From contig CAZENF010000003.1 in assembly GCA_964513645.1 (NCBI GenBank), positions 127,914 through 191,913 of the forward strand: DNA of 64,000 nucleotides, read 5' to 3'. The position numbers were made by a program, and so were the translations under genes. Of this stretch, positions 8,387-17,430 are shown piece after piece. Positions within the stretch are counted from its first letter, which is position 1. Every line of letters begins with the position of its first letter. The notes below the pieces were generated by a model that had not been told where the DNA came from, ran no database searches, and saw only the letters and a list, made by a program, of their open reading frames with translations. Source of the DNA: an uncultured Candidatus Saccharibacteria bacterium (lineage in GTDB: Bacteria > Patescibacteriota > Minisyncoccia > 2-02-FULL-40-12 > GWA2-44-9).

Positions 8387-9895
8387 ATGTCCAATAAGGC
8401 AGATGGTAAACTCAAAATACTTTTTGTCGCTTCCGAAGCGGCCCCTTTTGTTAAGGTTGGTGGTTTAGGCGAAGTGATGCGCTCCTTACCTAAGGCGCTA
8501 CGGAAACTCGGCCATGATGCCCGTGTTCTTATTCCCAAATACGCATCCATAGATCTTGAAAAATATCCTCTCGAGACCGAACTTAACAACATCAAGATCG
8601 CGAGCGGCGACAAGGACCCTTACGGTATTCTCATCTGTAACATTCTGAATCATGTGGGCTCCGACGGGGCTATCAATTATTTTCTTGAGAACATGGAATA
8701 TTATGAAAAAAGGGCCAATGTTTACGGTTATACCGATGATACGGTCCGCTGGGTCCTTCTTTCGAAGGCGGCTCTTGAGTTTGTCAGACAATCCAAATGG
8801 AAGCCGGACCTTATCGTCGCTTCTGACTGGCAGACCGGCTTTATTCCTAACCTCGTTCATACAGAATACAAAGATGATCCGGTACCCTCAAAGATACCCG
8901 TTGTTTTCTCTATCCATAATCTCAAATACCAAGGAACGTTCGATCCACGTTTTGTTTCGGAGATGGATTTTGATTCCGGTCAGGCTCCGATATCTGATTT
9001 TTTTGACCCCCAGACCCATAAATTAAGTGGGATGAGAAGGGGAATAATGTTCGCCGATGTTATCAATACTGTTTCCGAGACCTATGCCAGAGAAATTCTG
9101 ACCGAAGAGTTCGGTGAAGGTTTGGATAAACTTTTAAGTGAGCGTAAAAGCCGTCTTTTCGGTATTCTTAATGGCATTGATGTGGAATCTCTTAATCCAG
9201 AGACGGACAAAGAACTCGAAGTTAATTACAATATTCGTTCGACCGACAAAAGAAAAGAGAACAAGACCAGTCTTCAGAAACAATTCGGTTTGCCTCCTGA
9301 CGAGAATGTTTTTGTCATCGGGATGGTTTCGCGTATCGACGGCCAGAAGGGATTCGACCTGGTGACGCAAATGATCGGCCCCTTGATGGACAACATAAAC
9401 TTCCAGTTTGTTATCGTCGGAGAGGGCGATACCGGTTATCGGACATTTTTCGAAGAGCTTAAGGTTAAATATCCCGACCGGGTCGGTACGCATTTTTCAT
9501 TTGATTCACGTCTGCCGCGTCTGGTTTTCGGTGGCGCGGACGGGGTTTTGATACCCTCAAGATTCGAGCCCTCGGGTCTGGTGCAGATGGAAGCGATGCG
9601 CTACGGTGCCGTGCCTATTGTCAGGAAGGTTGGCGGCTTGGCGGATTCGGTTGCAGATTTTGCTCCGGAGTCTGACAGCGGTACCGGATTTGTTTTCGAA
9701 AGATACGATGCTTTTTCTCTGACGACTGCAATAATTCGAGCTCACGAACTTTACCGCCACAAAAAGGAATGGGAAAAGCTTGTTAAAAGAGCGATGACTG
9801 AAGACTTTTCTTGGGAAAAGTCCGCCGCGGAATACATAAAACTATTTGAAATGGCACTAAGGTTTCACAAGGAAAAAAGCGATGAGGTGGGCTAA
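8387..9895 (+). CDS. glgA: Glycogen (starch) synthase, GT5 family
   Basis: KILFVASEAAPFVKVGGLGEVMRSLPKAL (K-V-G-G-L ADP-glucose binding motif), GT-B architecture, 502 aa. Confidence 0.85.
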   Translation: MSNKADGKLKILFVASEAAPFVKVGGLGEVMRSLPKALRKLGHDARVLIPKYASIDLEKYPLETELNNIKIASGDKDPYGILICNILNHVGSDGAINYFLENMEYYEKRANVYGYTDDTVRWVLLSKAALEFVRQSKWKPDLIVASDWQTGFIPNLVHTEYKDDPVPSKIPVVFSIHNLKYQGTFDPRFVSEMDFDSGQAPISDFFDPQTHKLSGMRRGIMFADVINTVSETYAREILTEEFGEGLDKLLSERKSRLFGILNGIDVESLNPETDKELEVNYNIRSTDKRKENKTSLQKQFGLPPDENVFVIGMVSRIDGQKGFDLVTQMIGPLMDNINFQFVIVGEGDTGYRTFFEELKVKYPDRVGTHFSFDSRLPRLVFGGADGVLIPSRFEPSGLVQMEAMRYGAVPIVRKVGGLADSVADFAPESDSGTGFVFERYDAFSLTTAIIRAHELYRHKKEWEKLVKRAMTEDFSWEKSAAEYIKLFEMALRFHKEKSDEVG

Positions 9896-11372
9896 TTTTC
9901 TACATATTTACCAGCCGGCAGGGCAGCAACCGGATATTTTAGCGGCTGTATCCAATCAAAGCTATCGGCCGATACTTCAAGGCATTAAAGAAAACCCCAA
10001 AGCCAAAATGACCCTCAATATCAATGGGGTTCTTCTCGAGATGTTCGATCAGCACGGATATCGGGATCTGATCGATCTGATAAACGAACTCATGACGGAT
10101 GGTCGTCTCGAACTGACCGGTTCGGCAAAATATCACGCCCTTCTTCCATTTTTGTCTGAACAGGAGTTGATAAGGCAAGTTCAGGAAAACACAGAAACCT
10201 TAACCTTTTATACTGATAAAAAATTTAAGCCCCAGGGATTCTTTCCGCCGGAGATGGCTTACGATGAAAAAATAGTCCCCGCTATTGAGAGCTTAGGATA
10301 CAAATGGTTCATTATCGATGAGATAGCATGCGGAGGCAAGACAGGCCAGGTTGATTATACGAAGATATATAAAATTAAAGGTTCTTCCATGTCTGTTTTT
10401 TTTCGGGAACGTCGGCCCAGTAATCTTATAATGGGAGCGGCTGTCAGGTCTTTTGAAACTTTACGTGAGGCGATAGGTGGTGATATTAAGTCGGAGAGAT
10501 ACATGATAATCGGAATGGACGGGGAAACTTTCGGGCATCATCGGCCGGGATTAGATAAGCTTTTGTTGCAAATATTCCGGTCTTCAGAGTTCGAACTTGT
10601 AAAAATATCCGACCTCTTCAATTACTACCACGATGTTGTTGAGATAAACCCGGTTAAATCTACCTGGGCTTCAAGTGAAGAAGATATCGAAAAGGGTGTC
10701 CAGTTCCTGTCGTGGCGTGATCCCGATAATGAAATACATCGTTGGCAGCAGGAATTAGTAGATATTGCACTCGAAGGAGTATACGGAATGGATAAAACCT
10801 CGGCTCAATATGCGAATACGAGGCGCTTAATGGATGAAGCTTTGTCGAGTGATCAGTTCTGGTGGGCATCGGCCAAGCCCTGGTGGAGTCTGGAGGAAAT
10901 AGTCAGAGGAGCGGTTATGTGTTTCTCCATCATCAAAGACATACCGGCTATTGATAAGGAAAAAGTTGAGCATGCCCGGTTTTTGTATGAAAAAATAATA
11001 TCGACTGCTTTTCAGTGGAAAAGAAGCGGCAAAGTATATGACATGCTCCAGGCCCGTAAGAATATCACGAAGATACCGTTCAAGGAGAGGACGTTTGAAA
11101 AAGGAGGAGATGAAGAAGCAAAATACCTCGCTTTTATTGAGCTGTTAAAAACTCTCGAGAAAGAAGCTGTGGGAAAAGGGGAATATGAAAAAGCTATTCT
11201 GTGGCGCGATTCTATCTGGAAAATAGAAAATAAATCTGATATCTACGATGCGATGCATGCGATCGATCTTTTAAGGATGGAGATACCCAACTTTGAAGTT
11301 GAGGAAATTATTAAAAAATATCAGAAAAAATACCGTGAGATACGGGGTGGTCAGCCGGAACAGAGAGGATAA
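9882..11372 (+). CDS. Glycoside hydrolase family 57 protein (alpha-glucan processing: branching enzyme or amylase type)
   Basis: N-terminal NFLHIYQPAGQQ (HxHQP-like GH57 start), GVLLEMF, KYHALLPFL and ETFGHH motifs; overlaps glgA by 14 nt. Confidence 0.65.
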   Translation: MRWANFLHIYQPAGQQPDILAAVSNQSYRPILQGIKENPKAKMTLNINGVLLEMFDQHGYRDLIDLINELMTDGRLELTGSAKYHALLPFLSEQELIRQVQENTETLTFYTDKKFKPQGFFPPEMAYDEKIVPAIESLGYKWFIIDEIACGGKTGQVDYTKIYKIKGSSMSVFFRERRPSNLIMGAAVRSFETLREAIGGDIKSERYMIIGMDGETFGHHRPGLDKLLLQIFRSSEFELVKISDLFNYYHDVVEINPVKSTWASSEEDIEKGVQFLSWRDPDNEIHRWQQELVDIALEGVYGMDKTSAQYANTRRLMDEALSSDQFWWASAKPWWSLEEIVRGAVMCFSIIKDIPAIDKEKVEHARFLYEKIISTAFQWKRSGKVYDMLQARKNITKIPFKERTFEKGGDEEAKYLAFIELLKTLEKEAVGKGEYEKAILWRDSIWKIENKSDIYDAMHAIDLLRMEIPNFEVEEIIKKYQKKYREIRGGQPEQRG

Positions 11373-11379
11373 ATTAAAA

Positions 11380-11405
11380 ATACCCCTTAGGGGGTATTTT
11401 TTGCA
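11380..11405. terminator. Bidirectional intrinsic terminator overlapping the stop codon of the minus-strand gene
   Basis: atacccc-tta-ggggtat hairpin, followed by ttttttg on the plus strand and UUUUAAU on the minus-strand transcript. Confidence 0.6.
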
Positions 11406-12145
11406 GTTAGAACTTTCATCATCAGTTCCGGGCAATCGGTCACAATTCCGTCAACACCTAAATCAACGAATTTCTCGATCGTTTCGAGATCATTAAATAT
11501 GCCGGCCAGGACTTTTACGCCTTGCCGATTAACTTCCCGTATCTGTTTTTTAAGGGATGCTTTCCGGCCGCCGAGTGTTGCGAACAATAATCTACTTAGC
11601 AGAGATTCCTGAAGCCAGCCGATGGAAATAATATCAGGCCGGTATTTTGCTACGATTTTAGGAAGGTTGACCGGCCACATCACGATGAGATGTGTTTTGA
11701 TTGCCGAGTTCAAAGTTTTGGCAAAAGTGAGAAGTCTCGCATCGGATTCGATATTGAACATTACCAGGCGTTTTTGGAAAGCGGTCAGATAAACCCTCTC
11801 TTCGAGACCGTTGGCGGTAATCGCCCGAACAGCGTCTCCGACAAGCCCGAAAGAGTTTTGTTTTATGTCGAGGAGGCACGAAACATTGTCGAGTGTCTTG
11901 AGCATGCCCATCAGTTCATCGAGGTCCATGATATTGAATACCGAATTTCGAAGTTCCGCGTAGCTATAGCAGATAAGGTCGGGCTTGATGCTACCTGGGT
12001 GGTAGATTATTGGCTTTCCGTCCCAGGAATGGCAAATATCGGTTTCGATGCAGGTTATGCCTGCCCGGTAAAGATAAATTAACCCTTGGCGACTGTTGCC
12101 TATTTCGATGGGAGAAGCTCTGGTCCGGTGAGCCCAGATTTCCAT
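11387..12145 (-). CDS. Glycerophosphodiester phosphodiesterase (GDPD) family protein
   Basis: WAHRTRASPIEIGNS (HR(G)...EN(T) motif) and ETDICHSWDGKPIIYHPG (E-D...DG...H block) typical of the GDPD/UgpQ fold. Confidence 0.55.
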   Translation of the reverse strand: MEIWAHRTRASPIEIGNSRQGLIYLYRAGITCIETDICHSWDGKPIIYHPGSIKPDLICYSYAELRNSVFNIMDLDELMGMLKTLDNVSCLLDIKQNSFGLVGDAVRAITANGLEERVYLTAFQKRLVMFNIESDARLLTFAKTLNSAIKTHLIVMWPVNLPKIVAKYRPDIISIGWLQESLLSRLLFATLGGRKASLKKQIREVNRQGVKVLAGIFNDLETIEKFVDLGVDGIVTDCPELMMKVLTAKNTP

Positions 12146-12181
12146 AATAGTTTTTTGTGAATGAGCTTTAGTGTATGGTAT
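12146..12181 (+). promoter_or_regulatory. Sigma70 promoter with extended -10 (TTGTGA-18-TGgTATAAT)
   Basis: ttgtga...tggtataat immediately upstream of the msrA ATG at 12192. Confidence 0.5.
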
Positions 12182-12191
12182 AATTTTTCTA

Positions 12192-12752
12192 ATGAATAAA
12201 TCAACCCTAAAAGAAGCTATGTTCGGAGCGGGATGTTTTTGGGGAGTTCAGTATAATTTTGACCAACTGAAAGGTGTGATTGAAACAGAGGTCGGTTATG
12301 CCGGTGGACACACCGATAAACCGACTTACAAAGAAGTTTGTACCGACAAAACCGGCCATGCCGAAGTTGTTCATTTGCAGTATGACACTTCGGTCGTCAG
12401 TTACGAAGAATTGCTCAAAAATTTTTGGGAAAATCATGACCCAACAACAATGAACCGTCAGGGTCCGGATATTGGCAGCCAATACCGCTCGATAATTTTT
12501 TATTATGATGAAGAGCAGAAACGGACGGCGGAAAGGTCAAAAGAAGAGCTCGGTAAATCAGGCGAGTACATGAATCCCGTACGAAGTCTCGCTCGCGACA
12601 AAGTCACGAGTCCTCAAAAGGACCTCGGCGAGGCTACTTCGTACGGGATGAACAAAGTCGTGACCGAGATCGTCCCGGCCTCGCAGTTCTACAAAGCCGA
12701 GGAATATCATCAGAAATATTTTGAGAAGACCGGCCAGAAAGTTTGTCATTGA
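12192..12752 (+). CDS. msrA: Peptide methionine-S-sulfoxide reductase MsrA
   Basis: MNKSTLKEAMFGAGCFWGVQ (GCFWG active site) and GYAGGHTDKPTYKEVCTDKTGHAEVV. The track start at 12171 lies inside the -10 box, so ATG 12192 is preferred. Confidence 0.9.
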   Translation: MNKSTLKEAMFGAGCFWGVQYNFDQLKGVIETEVGYAGGHTDKPTYKEVCTDKTGHAEVVHLQYDTSVVSYEELLKNFWENHDPTTMNRQGPDIGSQYRSIIFYYDEEQKRTAERSKEELGKSGEYMNPVRSLARDKVTSPQKDLGEATSYGMNKVVTEIVPASQFYKAEEYHQKYFEKTGQKVCH

Positions 12753-12983
12753 TTTATAGATATCTTTTGGCTCGGATCGGATGTCCAAAATCTCTGCGCA
12801 TTTTGGCACCCTATCCCCTCGGCATTTCGAAGATCCGTTGTTAAGTCCGTGCTTATTTGTTACCGAAAATTATTCGTCAAAGCTCTAATTTTCGAACAAA
12901 TGGGCACTACCGCCTTACAGCGTCTTATTGATGAGCCGAAATGCCTGCGGGAAATTCCTCGCTAAAAGATATCTATAAATCAA
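12749..12983. repeat. Perfect 20-nt inverted repeat pair flanking 195 nt of non-coding DNA (MITE-like or structured-RNA element)
   Basis: ttgatttatagatatctttt (12749-12768, overlapping the msrA stop) and its exact reverse complement aaaagatatctataaatcaa (12964-12983). Internal complementary pair cggcatttcg / cgaaatgcc. Confidence 0.6.
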
Positions 12984-13039
12984 TATTTTCGCAGACTGTC
13001 TTTTTTGAACATCTAAATACTTAAATTGAATTTGCGCAG

Positions 13040-13235
13040 CCTGTCCCAATTTTTGTCACTTGATGAGCCGAATGAATTTAAGAAGATAGTTTAGATTTCT
13101 ATATCAAAATAATAGGTCGAGCGCCGAACGATAGTGAGGAGGCAAGCGAGGGTTACCTGTTATTTTGATAATAAAATCTATGCTATTCTGAATAAATTTA
13201 TGAGGCGAGGAACCGTGACCAAAAATTGGGACAGG
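13040..13235. repeat. Second inverted repeat pair (20/21 nt) flanking about 155 nt, ending 25 nt before msrB
   Basis: cctgtcccaatttttgtcac (13040-13059) versus gtgaccaaaaattgggacagg (13216-13235). Also a direct repeat ttgatgagccgaa(a)tg at 12928 and 13060. Confidence 0.55.
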
Positions 13236-13259
13236 CGAAAGCAAATTTATAAATAAAAA

Positions 13260-13673
13260 ATGACCAAAGACGAAATACAAAAAATGAATGAAGAAGATTG
13301 GAAGAAAAAGCTGACGCCGAAACAGTATAAAATTTTGCGTGAGAAGGGTACGGAAATGGCCTTTACCGGCAAGTATTATAAGAATCATGAGTCGGGGATG
13401 TATGTCTGCGGCGCCTGTGGCCAGGAATTATTCTCTTCAGATACCAAGTTTGATTCAGGTTCCGGCTGGCCGAGTTTCACGGATCCGGTCAACCGTGAGA
13501 ATGTTGAACTAAAACTCGATACCAGTCATGGCATGAACCGTGTCGAGGTTATCTGCAAGAATTGCGGTTCTCATCTGGGCCATGTCTTTGATGACGGCCC
13601 GAAGGATAAGGGTGGCAAACGCTTTTGTATCAATTCCTGTGCTCTGGATTTTAAAAAGAAAGAAGATAAATAA
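13260..13673 (+). CDS. msrB: Peptide methionine-R-sulfoxide reductase MsrB (SelR)
   Basis: CGACGQELF...GSGWPSF...[21 protein letters not shown]: two CxxC zinc motifs and the catalytic Cys context of MsrB. Confidence 0.9.
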   Translation: MTKDEIQKMNEEDWKKKLTPKQYKILREKGTEMAFTGKYYKNHESGMYVCGACGQELFSSDTKFDSGSGWPSFTDPVNRENVELKLDTSHGMNRVEVICKNCGSHLGHVFDDGPKDKGGKRFCINSCALDFKKKEDK

Positions 13674-13675
13674 AA

Positions 13676-14791
13676 ATGAAACGTCGAGATATAATCATAG
13701 TCATAGTTGTTTTAGCCGCTTTTGGTCTGATTTGGTATTTCCAAGACAGAAGTAGTATCTCACTACCAACCTCGGTAAATACGCAGTCGGGAGGGGTGGT
13801 TCAGGTTCAGAGTTTATTAAAACCGGAGAGTGACAAAGGATTTTCTGCCGCCCCCGACCTGACCGATGTTCAGGGATTTATAAATTCAAAACCCTTCAAA
13901 CTCCAGGATTATATCGGTAAAAAAGTTATTCTCATTGATTTCTGGACTTACAGCTGTATCAACTGTCAAAGAACCACGCCGTATTTGAATAGCTGGTGGG
14001 AAAAATATAACGACAAAGGTCTTCTGATCGTCGGAGTTGAAACGCCTGAATTTGAATTTGAAAAACATCTTGAAAATGTCCAGGCGGGCGTTGATAAACT
14101 CGGCATAAAATATCCTGTCGTCCAGGATAATAATTACGGGACCTGGAATGCTTACGGCAACCGCTACTGGCCCAGAAAATATCTCATCAATCTCGACGGC
14201 TACGTCGTCTACGATCATATCGGAGAGGGCGGTTACCAGGAAACCGAACAAAAAATTCAGGAAGTTCTTAATGAAAGAATGGCGGCCTTAGGAACGACAG
14301 GCAGTTTGACCGAAAGTTTAACTTCCGAACAAAACGACCATCTTGGTGATATCCAAAGCCCGGAAACATATTTTGGTTCAGGTCGGAATGAATATTTTGG
14401 CAACGGGACTGGCGCCCAGAACGGTACGCAGAATTTGACCAGACCTAAAAATATTCAGCTAAATCAGTTTTACCTGAACGGTAACTGGGAATTTTCTCCG
14501 GAATATGCCGAAAATAAATCTGAAAATGCGAGTATAATTTATAAATATAACTCTAAAAACGTTTATTTTGTGGCCGGTTCGGATAATGGTGCTAAGATCA
14601 AGGTTCTCCAGGACGGCCAGCCGGTTTCTGGTGCGGCGGGAGATGATGTCGCCAAAGATGGCACTGGCGGAGGTTTTATCAAGGAAAATCGGCTTTATAA
14701 ATTAATTTCTAACCCTTCCGCCGGCGAGCACACCCTTGAAATAATCATTGAAGAGCCCGGTCTTAAAGCGTTTACGTTCACATTCGGATAA
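13676..14791 (+). CDS. Membrane-anchored thioredoxin-like (TlpA/ResA family redoxin) protein with a C-terminal extension
   Basis: N-terminal TM; FWTYSCINCQRTTPYL (CxxC in a thioredoxin fold context); follows msrB by 3 nt. An envelope Msr-reducing partner is plausible. Confidence 0.6.
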   Translation: MKRRDIIIVIVVLAAFGLIWYFQDRSSISLPTSVNTQSGGVVQVQSLLKPESDKGFSAAPDLTDVQGFINSKPFKLQDYIGKKVILIDFWTYSCINCQRTTPYLNSWWEKYNDKGLLIVGVETPEFEFEKHLENVQAGVDKLGIKYPVVQDNNYGTWNAYGNRYWPRKYLINLDGYVVYDHIGEGGYQETEQKIQEVLNERMAALGTTGSLTESLTSEQNDHLGDIQSPETYFGSGRNEYFGNGTGAQNGTQNLTRPKNIQLNQFYLNGNWEFSPEYAENKSENASIIYKYNSKNVYFVAGSDNGAKIKVLQDGQPVSGAAGDDVAKDGTGGGFIKENRLYKLISNPSAGEHTLEIIIEEPGLKAFTFTFG

Positions 14792-14808
14792 TGTGATATA
14801 ATTAAATT

Positions 14809-16137
14809 ATGCCAAAAGACATTGACCTAATTTATCAGCAGACGGCGATGATCGAGCCGAAAGAAATCAAAGCCGGCCAGGAGGCCCTGAAGGATTATGT
14901 TGATTTTGTTTTTAAGGTTGCGAGTGAAGTTAATTATGATTACAACGAATCATCGATAAATCTGTCTCAAGACGATAATTTTAAGAACTATGTTCTTGCC
15001 AAGGTCCAGCAATGGAAAAACCCCGAGCTCAAATATATCGTCGTCGTCGGTATCGGCGGTTCGAATATCGGCACGATGGCGGTTTATCGGGCCTTACGTG
15101 GACGTCTTGAGGTTTTCATGGGCCAGAATGTTCCCAAAATAATCTTTGTTGATACGGTTTCTCCGCCGCTGATCAATCAGGTGGTAAAATTTCTCGAAGG
15201 TCAGGTTTCGAGCCCGGCTGAAGTCCTGGTCAACATGATATCCAAATCAGGTACGACCCTCGAGTCAGTAGCCAATTTCGAGGTTGTCTACGAAGTCCTT
15301 AAGAAAAAATTCGGCGAAGCCATAGATCAGCGTCTTATTTTTACCACTGACCGTGATACCAAGCTCTGGACCAAGGCCGAAGAGAAAAAACTCGAACTGC
15401 TTGAAATTCCCCAAGCCGTGAACGGCCGCTACTCGATATTGTCTTCGGTCGGTATGTTCCCTTTGGGTCTGGCCGGTTTTAACCCCCAGTTATTCTGGGA
15501 CGGCGCTTCGAGAATGGTGAAAAGGTGTGTCACTCGGAACGATCAGAATCCGGCGATGATATCCGCTATCTTGACCTACATGCACTATGCCAAAGGTTTG
15601 AACATTTACAATAATTTTTATTTTAATCCGGAGCTTAAATCGCTCGGCAAATGGCATTCGCAGCTTTTGGCCGAAGGCGTCGGCAAGGAATATAATCTTA
15701 ACAAGCAAAAAGTAAATCTCGGAATTACCCCGATGGTCACCATCGGTTCAACTGACCTTCATTCCATTGCCCAGCTTTGTCTGGCCGGTCCGAAAGATAA
15801 ATTTACCCAATTCGTTCATGCTGCACAGAAGGACGGTTCGCCGGTCGTGCCGAAGGAATTGTTCCTGCCTGACCTCGATCCCAATATCGCCGGCAAGTCA
15901 ATCGCCGACATCGTTGGAGCTATCTATTACGGTATTAAAATAGCATATCTTAAAAATTCTCTTCCGTTCTCTGAAATAATAATGTCCGATATTTCTGAAG
16001 ATTCTCTCGGTCAGTACATGCAGCTTAAAATGATAGAGACGATGTATCTGGCCCGTCTGATGGGAGTGAATGCTTTTGACCAACCGAAGGTCGAGGATTA
16101 CAAACGCGAAGCGGTGGAGTATCTCAAGAAACTTTAA
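14809..16137 (+). CDS. pgi: Glucose-6-phosphate isomerase (short bacterial/archaeal type)
   Basis: IVVVGIGGSNIGTMAV (GIGGS sugar-phosphate binding), RYSILSSVG, NAFDQPKVEDYKREAV (PGI signature 2-like). Confidence 0.75.
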   Translation: MPKDIDLIYQQTAMIEPKEIKAGQEALKDYVDFVFKVASEVNYDYNESSINLSQDDNFKNYVLAKVQQWKNPELKYIVVVGIGGSNIGTMAVYRALRGRLEVFMGQNVPKIIFVDTVSPPLINQVVKFLEGQVSSPAEVLVNMISKSGTTLESVANFEVVYEVLKKKFGEAIDQRLIFTTDRDTKLWTKAEEKKLELLEIPQAVNGRYSILSSVGMFPLGLAGFNPQLFWDGASRMVKRCVTRNDQNPAMISAILTYMHYAKGLNIYNNFYFNPELKSLGKWHSQLLAEGVGKEYNLNKQKVNLGITPMVTIGSTDLHSIAQLCLAGPKDKFTQFVHAAQKDGSPVVPKELFLPDLDPNIAGKSIADIVGAIYYGIKIAYLKNSLPFSEIIMSDISEDSLGQYMQLKMIETMYLARLMGVNAFDQPKVEDYKREAVEYLKKL

Positions 16138-16366
16138 TTACTGTCAAATACCCGCCGGAGAAGATTGATCATGCGGGGGAATTCGTTTAAACCGCGATTA
16201 ATTCATATTTTGTGCTTGTCTCCGGTCTTGTTATCCACTCTATTTCAGCCACCTATGGTAAAATTAGTATGTAGAACTCTTAAATAATATCGGATTTTTG
16301 AAGTTTGAATTTCGAATTATTTTTCGGTCATAATTCATAATTCTCTGTTCATAATTCGGTTATAAA

Positions 16367-16699
16367 ATGGGCTTATTCTTCTTACGGTTTGGGGTTGCGG
16401 CGGTTTTCATGTACCATTCTATTGGCAAACTTAGGGATCCTGAAAGATTTGCTCACGGAATGGGATGGAATTTTGGCCAAGCCCTGGGACTGGGCATCAT
16501 TGAGTTCATGTCGGCTCTCGCTGTTTTGGGCGGAGTAGGAGCCGGAACAGCCGCTCTTTTCTTGATGATAATAATGGCCGGAGCGATATATCACAAGGTG
16601 TTCAAATGGAACATACCTTTCATGGGTCGCGACAAAACCGGCTGGGAACTTGATTTTCTTTTGTTCCTTGCCTGCTTTACTATATATTTGAGATTCTAA
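16367..16699 (+). CDS. DoxX family membrane protein
   Basis: 110 aa, three TM helices, DoxX-like GMGWNFGQALGLGIIEFMSALAVLGG. Confidence 0.5.
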   Translation: MGLFFLRFGVAAVFMYHSIGKLRDPERFAHGMGWNFGQALGLGIIEFMSALAVLGGVGAGTAALFLMIIMAGAIYHKVFKWNIPFMGRDKTGWELDFLLFLACFTIYLRF

Positions 16700-16745
16700 A
16701 AGGCGGAATCTGCCTGTCGGCAGGCAGGGCGGTCAACAAGTTATA

Positions 16746-16973
16746 ATGATAAAAATATACACAACCCCTATTTGTGCTTACTGCAAAATGGCGAAGGAAT
16801 ACTTTAAGTCTAAAAACCTCAATTACGAGGAGATAAGTTTGGTCGGCAATCCTGAAGCCCAACAGCTCGTTATTTCCAAGACCGGCATTGTTGCCGCACC
16901 TATTATCGAGATAAAGAACAAATTCATCATTGGTTTCGACCGATCCAAAATAGACCTGGCGCTTAATTCTTAA
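16746..16973 (+). CDS. Glutaredoxin-like protein (NrdH/Grx family)
   Basis: KIYTTPICAYCKMAKEYF (CxxC in a Grx fold), 75 aa, ...FIIGFDRSKI. Confidence 0.8.
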   Translation: MIKIYTTPICAYCKMAKEYFKSKNLNYEEISLVGNPEAQQLVISKTGIVAAPIIEIKNKFIIGFDRSKIDLALNS

Positions 16974-16977
16974 ATTT

Positions 16978-17358
16978 ATGCCGCGGAGGAGGTTAATTAT
17001 CCTCATTACTCTGACGGTTATTACGGCGACGGCCGGTTTTTTATTTTGGCGCAAATACAAGGAGTGGCGCGCCGAAAGGGTATACATAGAAGCGATGACA
17101 GCCGATACTTATGGCGGGAAAACGCCGGAAGAAACCATTAACTTGTTCAAGGCTGCTCTCGAGAAAGGCGATGTCGAACTGGCCTCGAAATATTTTATGT
17201 TCGACAACAATTTATCAAAGGATAAATGGTTAAAAACTCTCATGGTCTTTAAGAACAAGGGTGTCCTGGGTGAGATGGCCAAAGACGTAAATTTAAATTC
17301 ACTCGACATCCAGCCCGATAAATATTCCGGTGTTTGGAAAATAGTTAATTTTAAATAG
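16978..17358 (+). CDS. Hypothetical membrane-anchored protein
   Basis: N-terminal TM (LIILITLTVITATAGFLFW); no recognisable domain. Confidence 0.35.
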   Translation: MPRRRLIILITLTVITATAGFLFWRKYKEWRAERVYIEAMTADTYGGKTPEETINLFKAALEKGDVELASKYFMFDNNLSKDKWLKTLMVFKNKGVLGEMAKDVNLNSLDIQPDKYSGVWKIVNFK

Positions 17359-17430
17359 AACAGTTTAATTGACCTCTCTCAAATTTTCCTTATAATATCC
17401 CTACACGTTCTTTTAAATCAGGAGTTTTGA

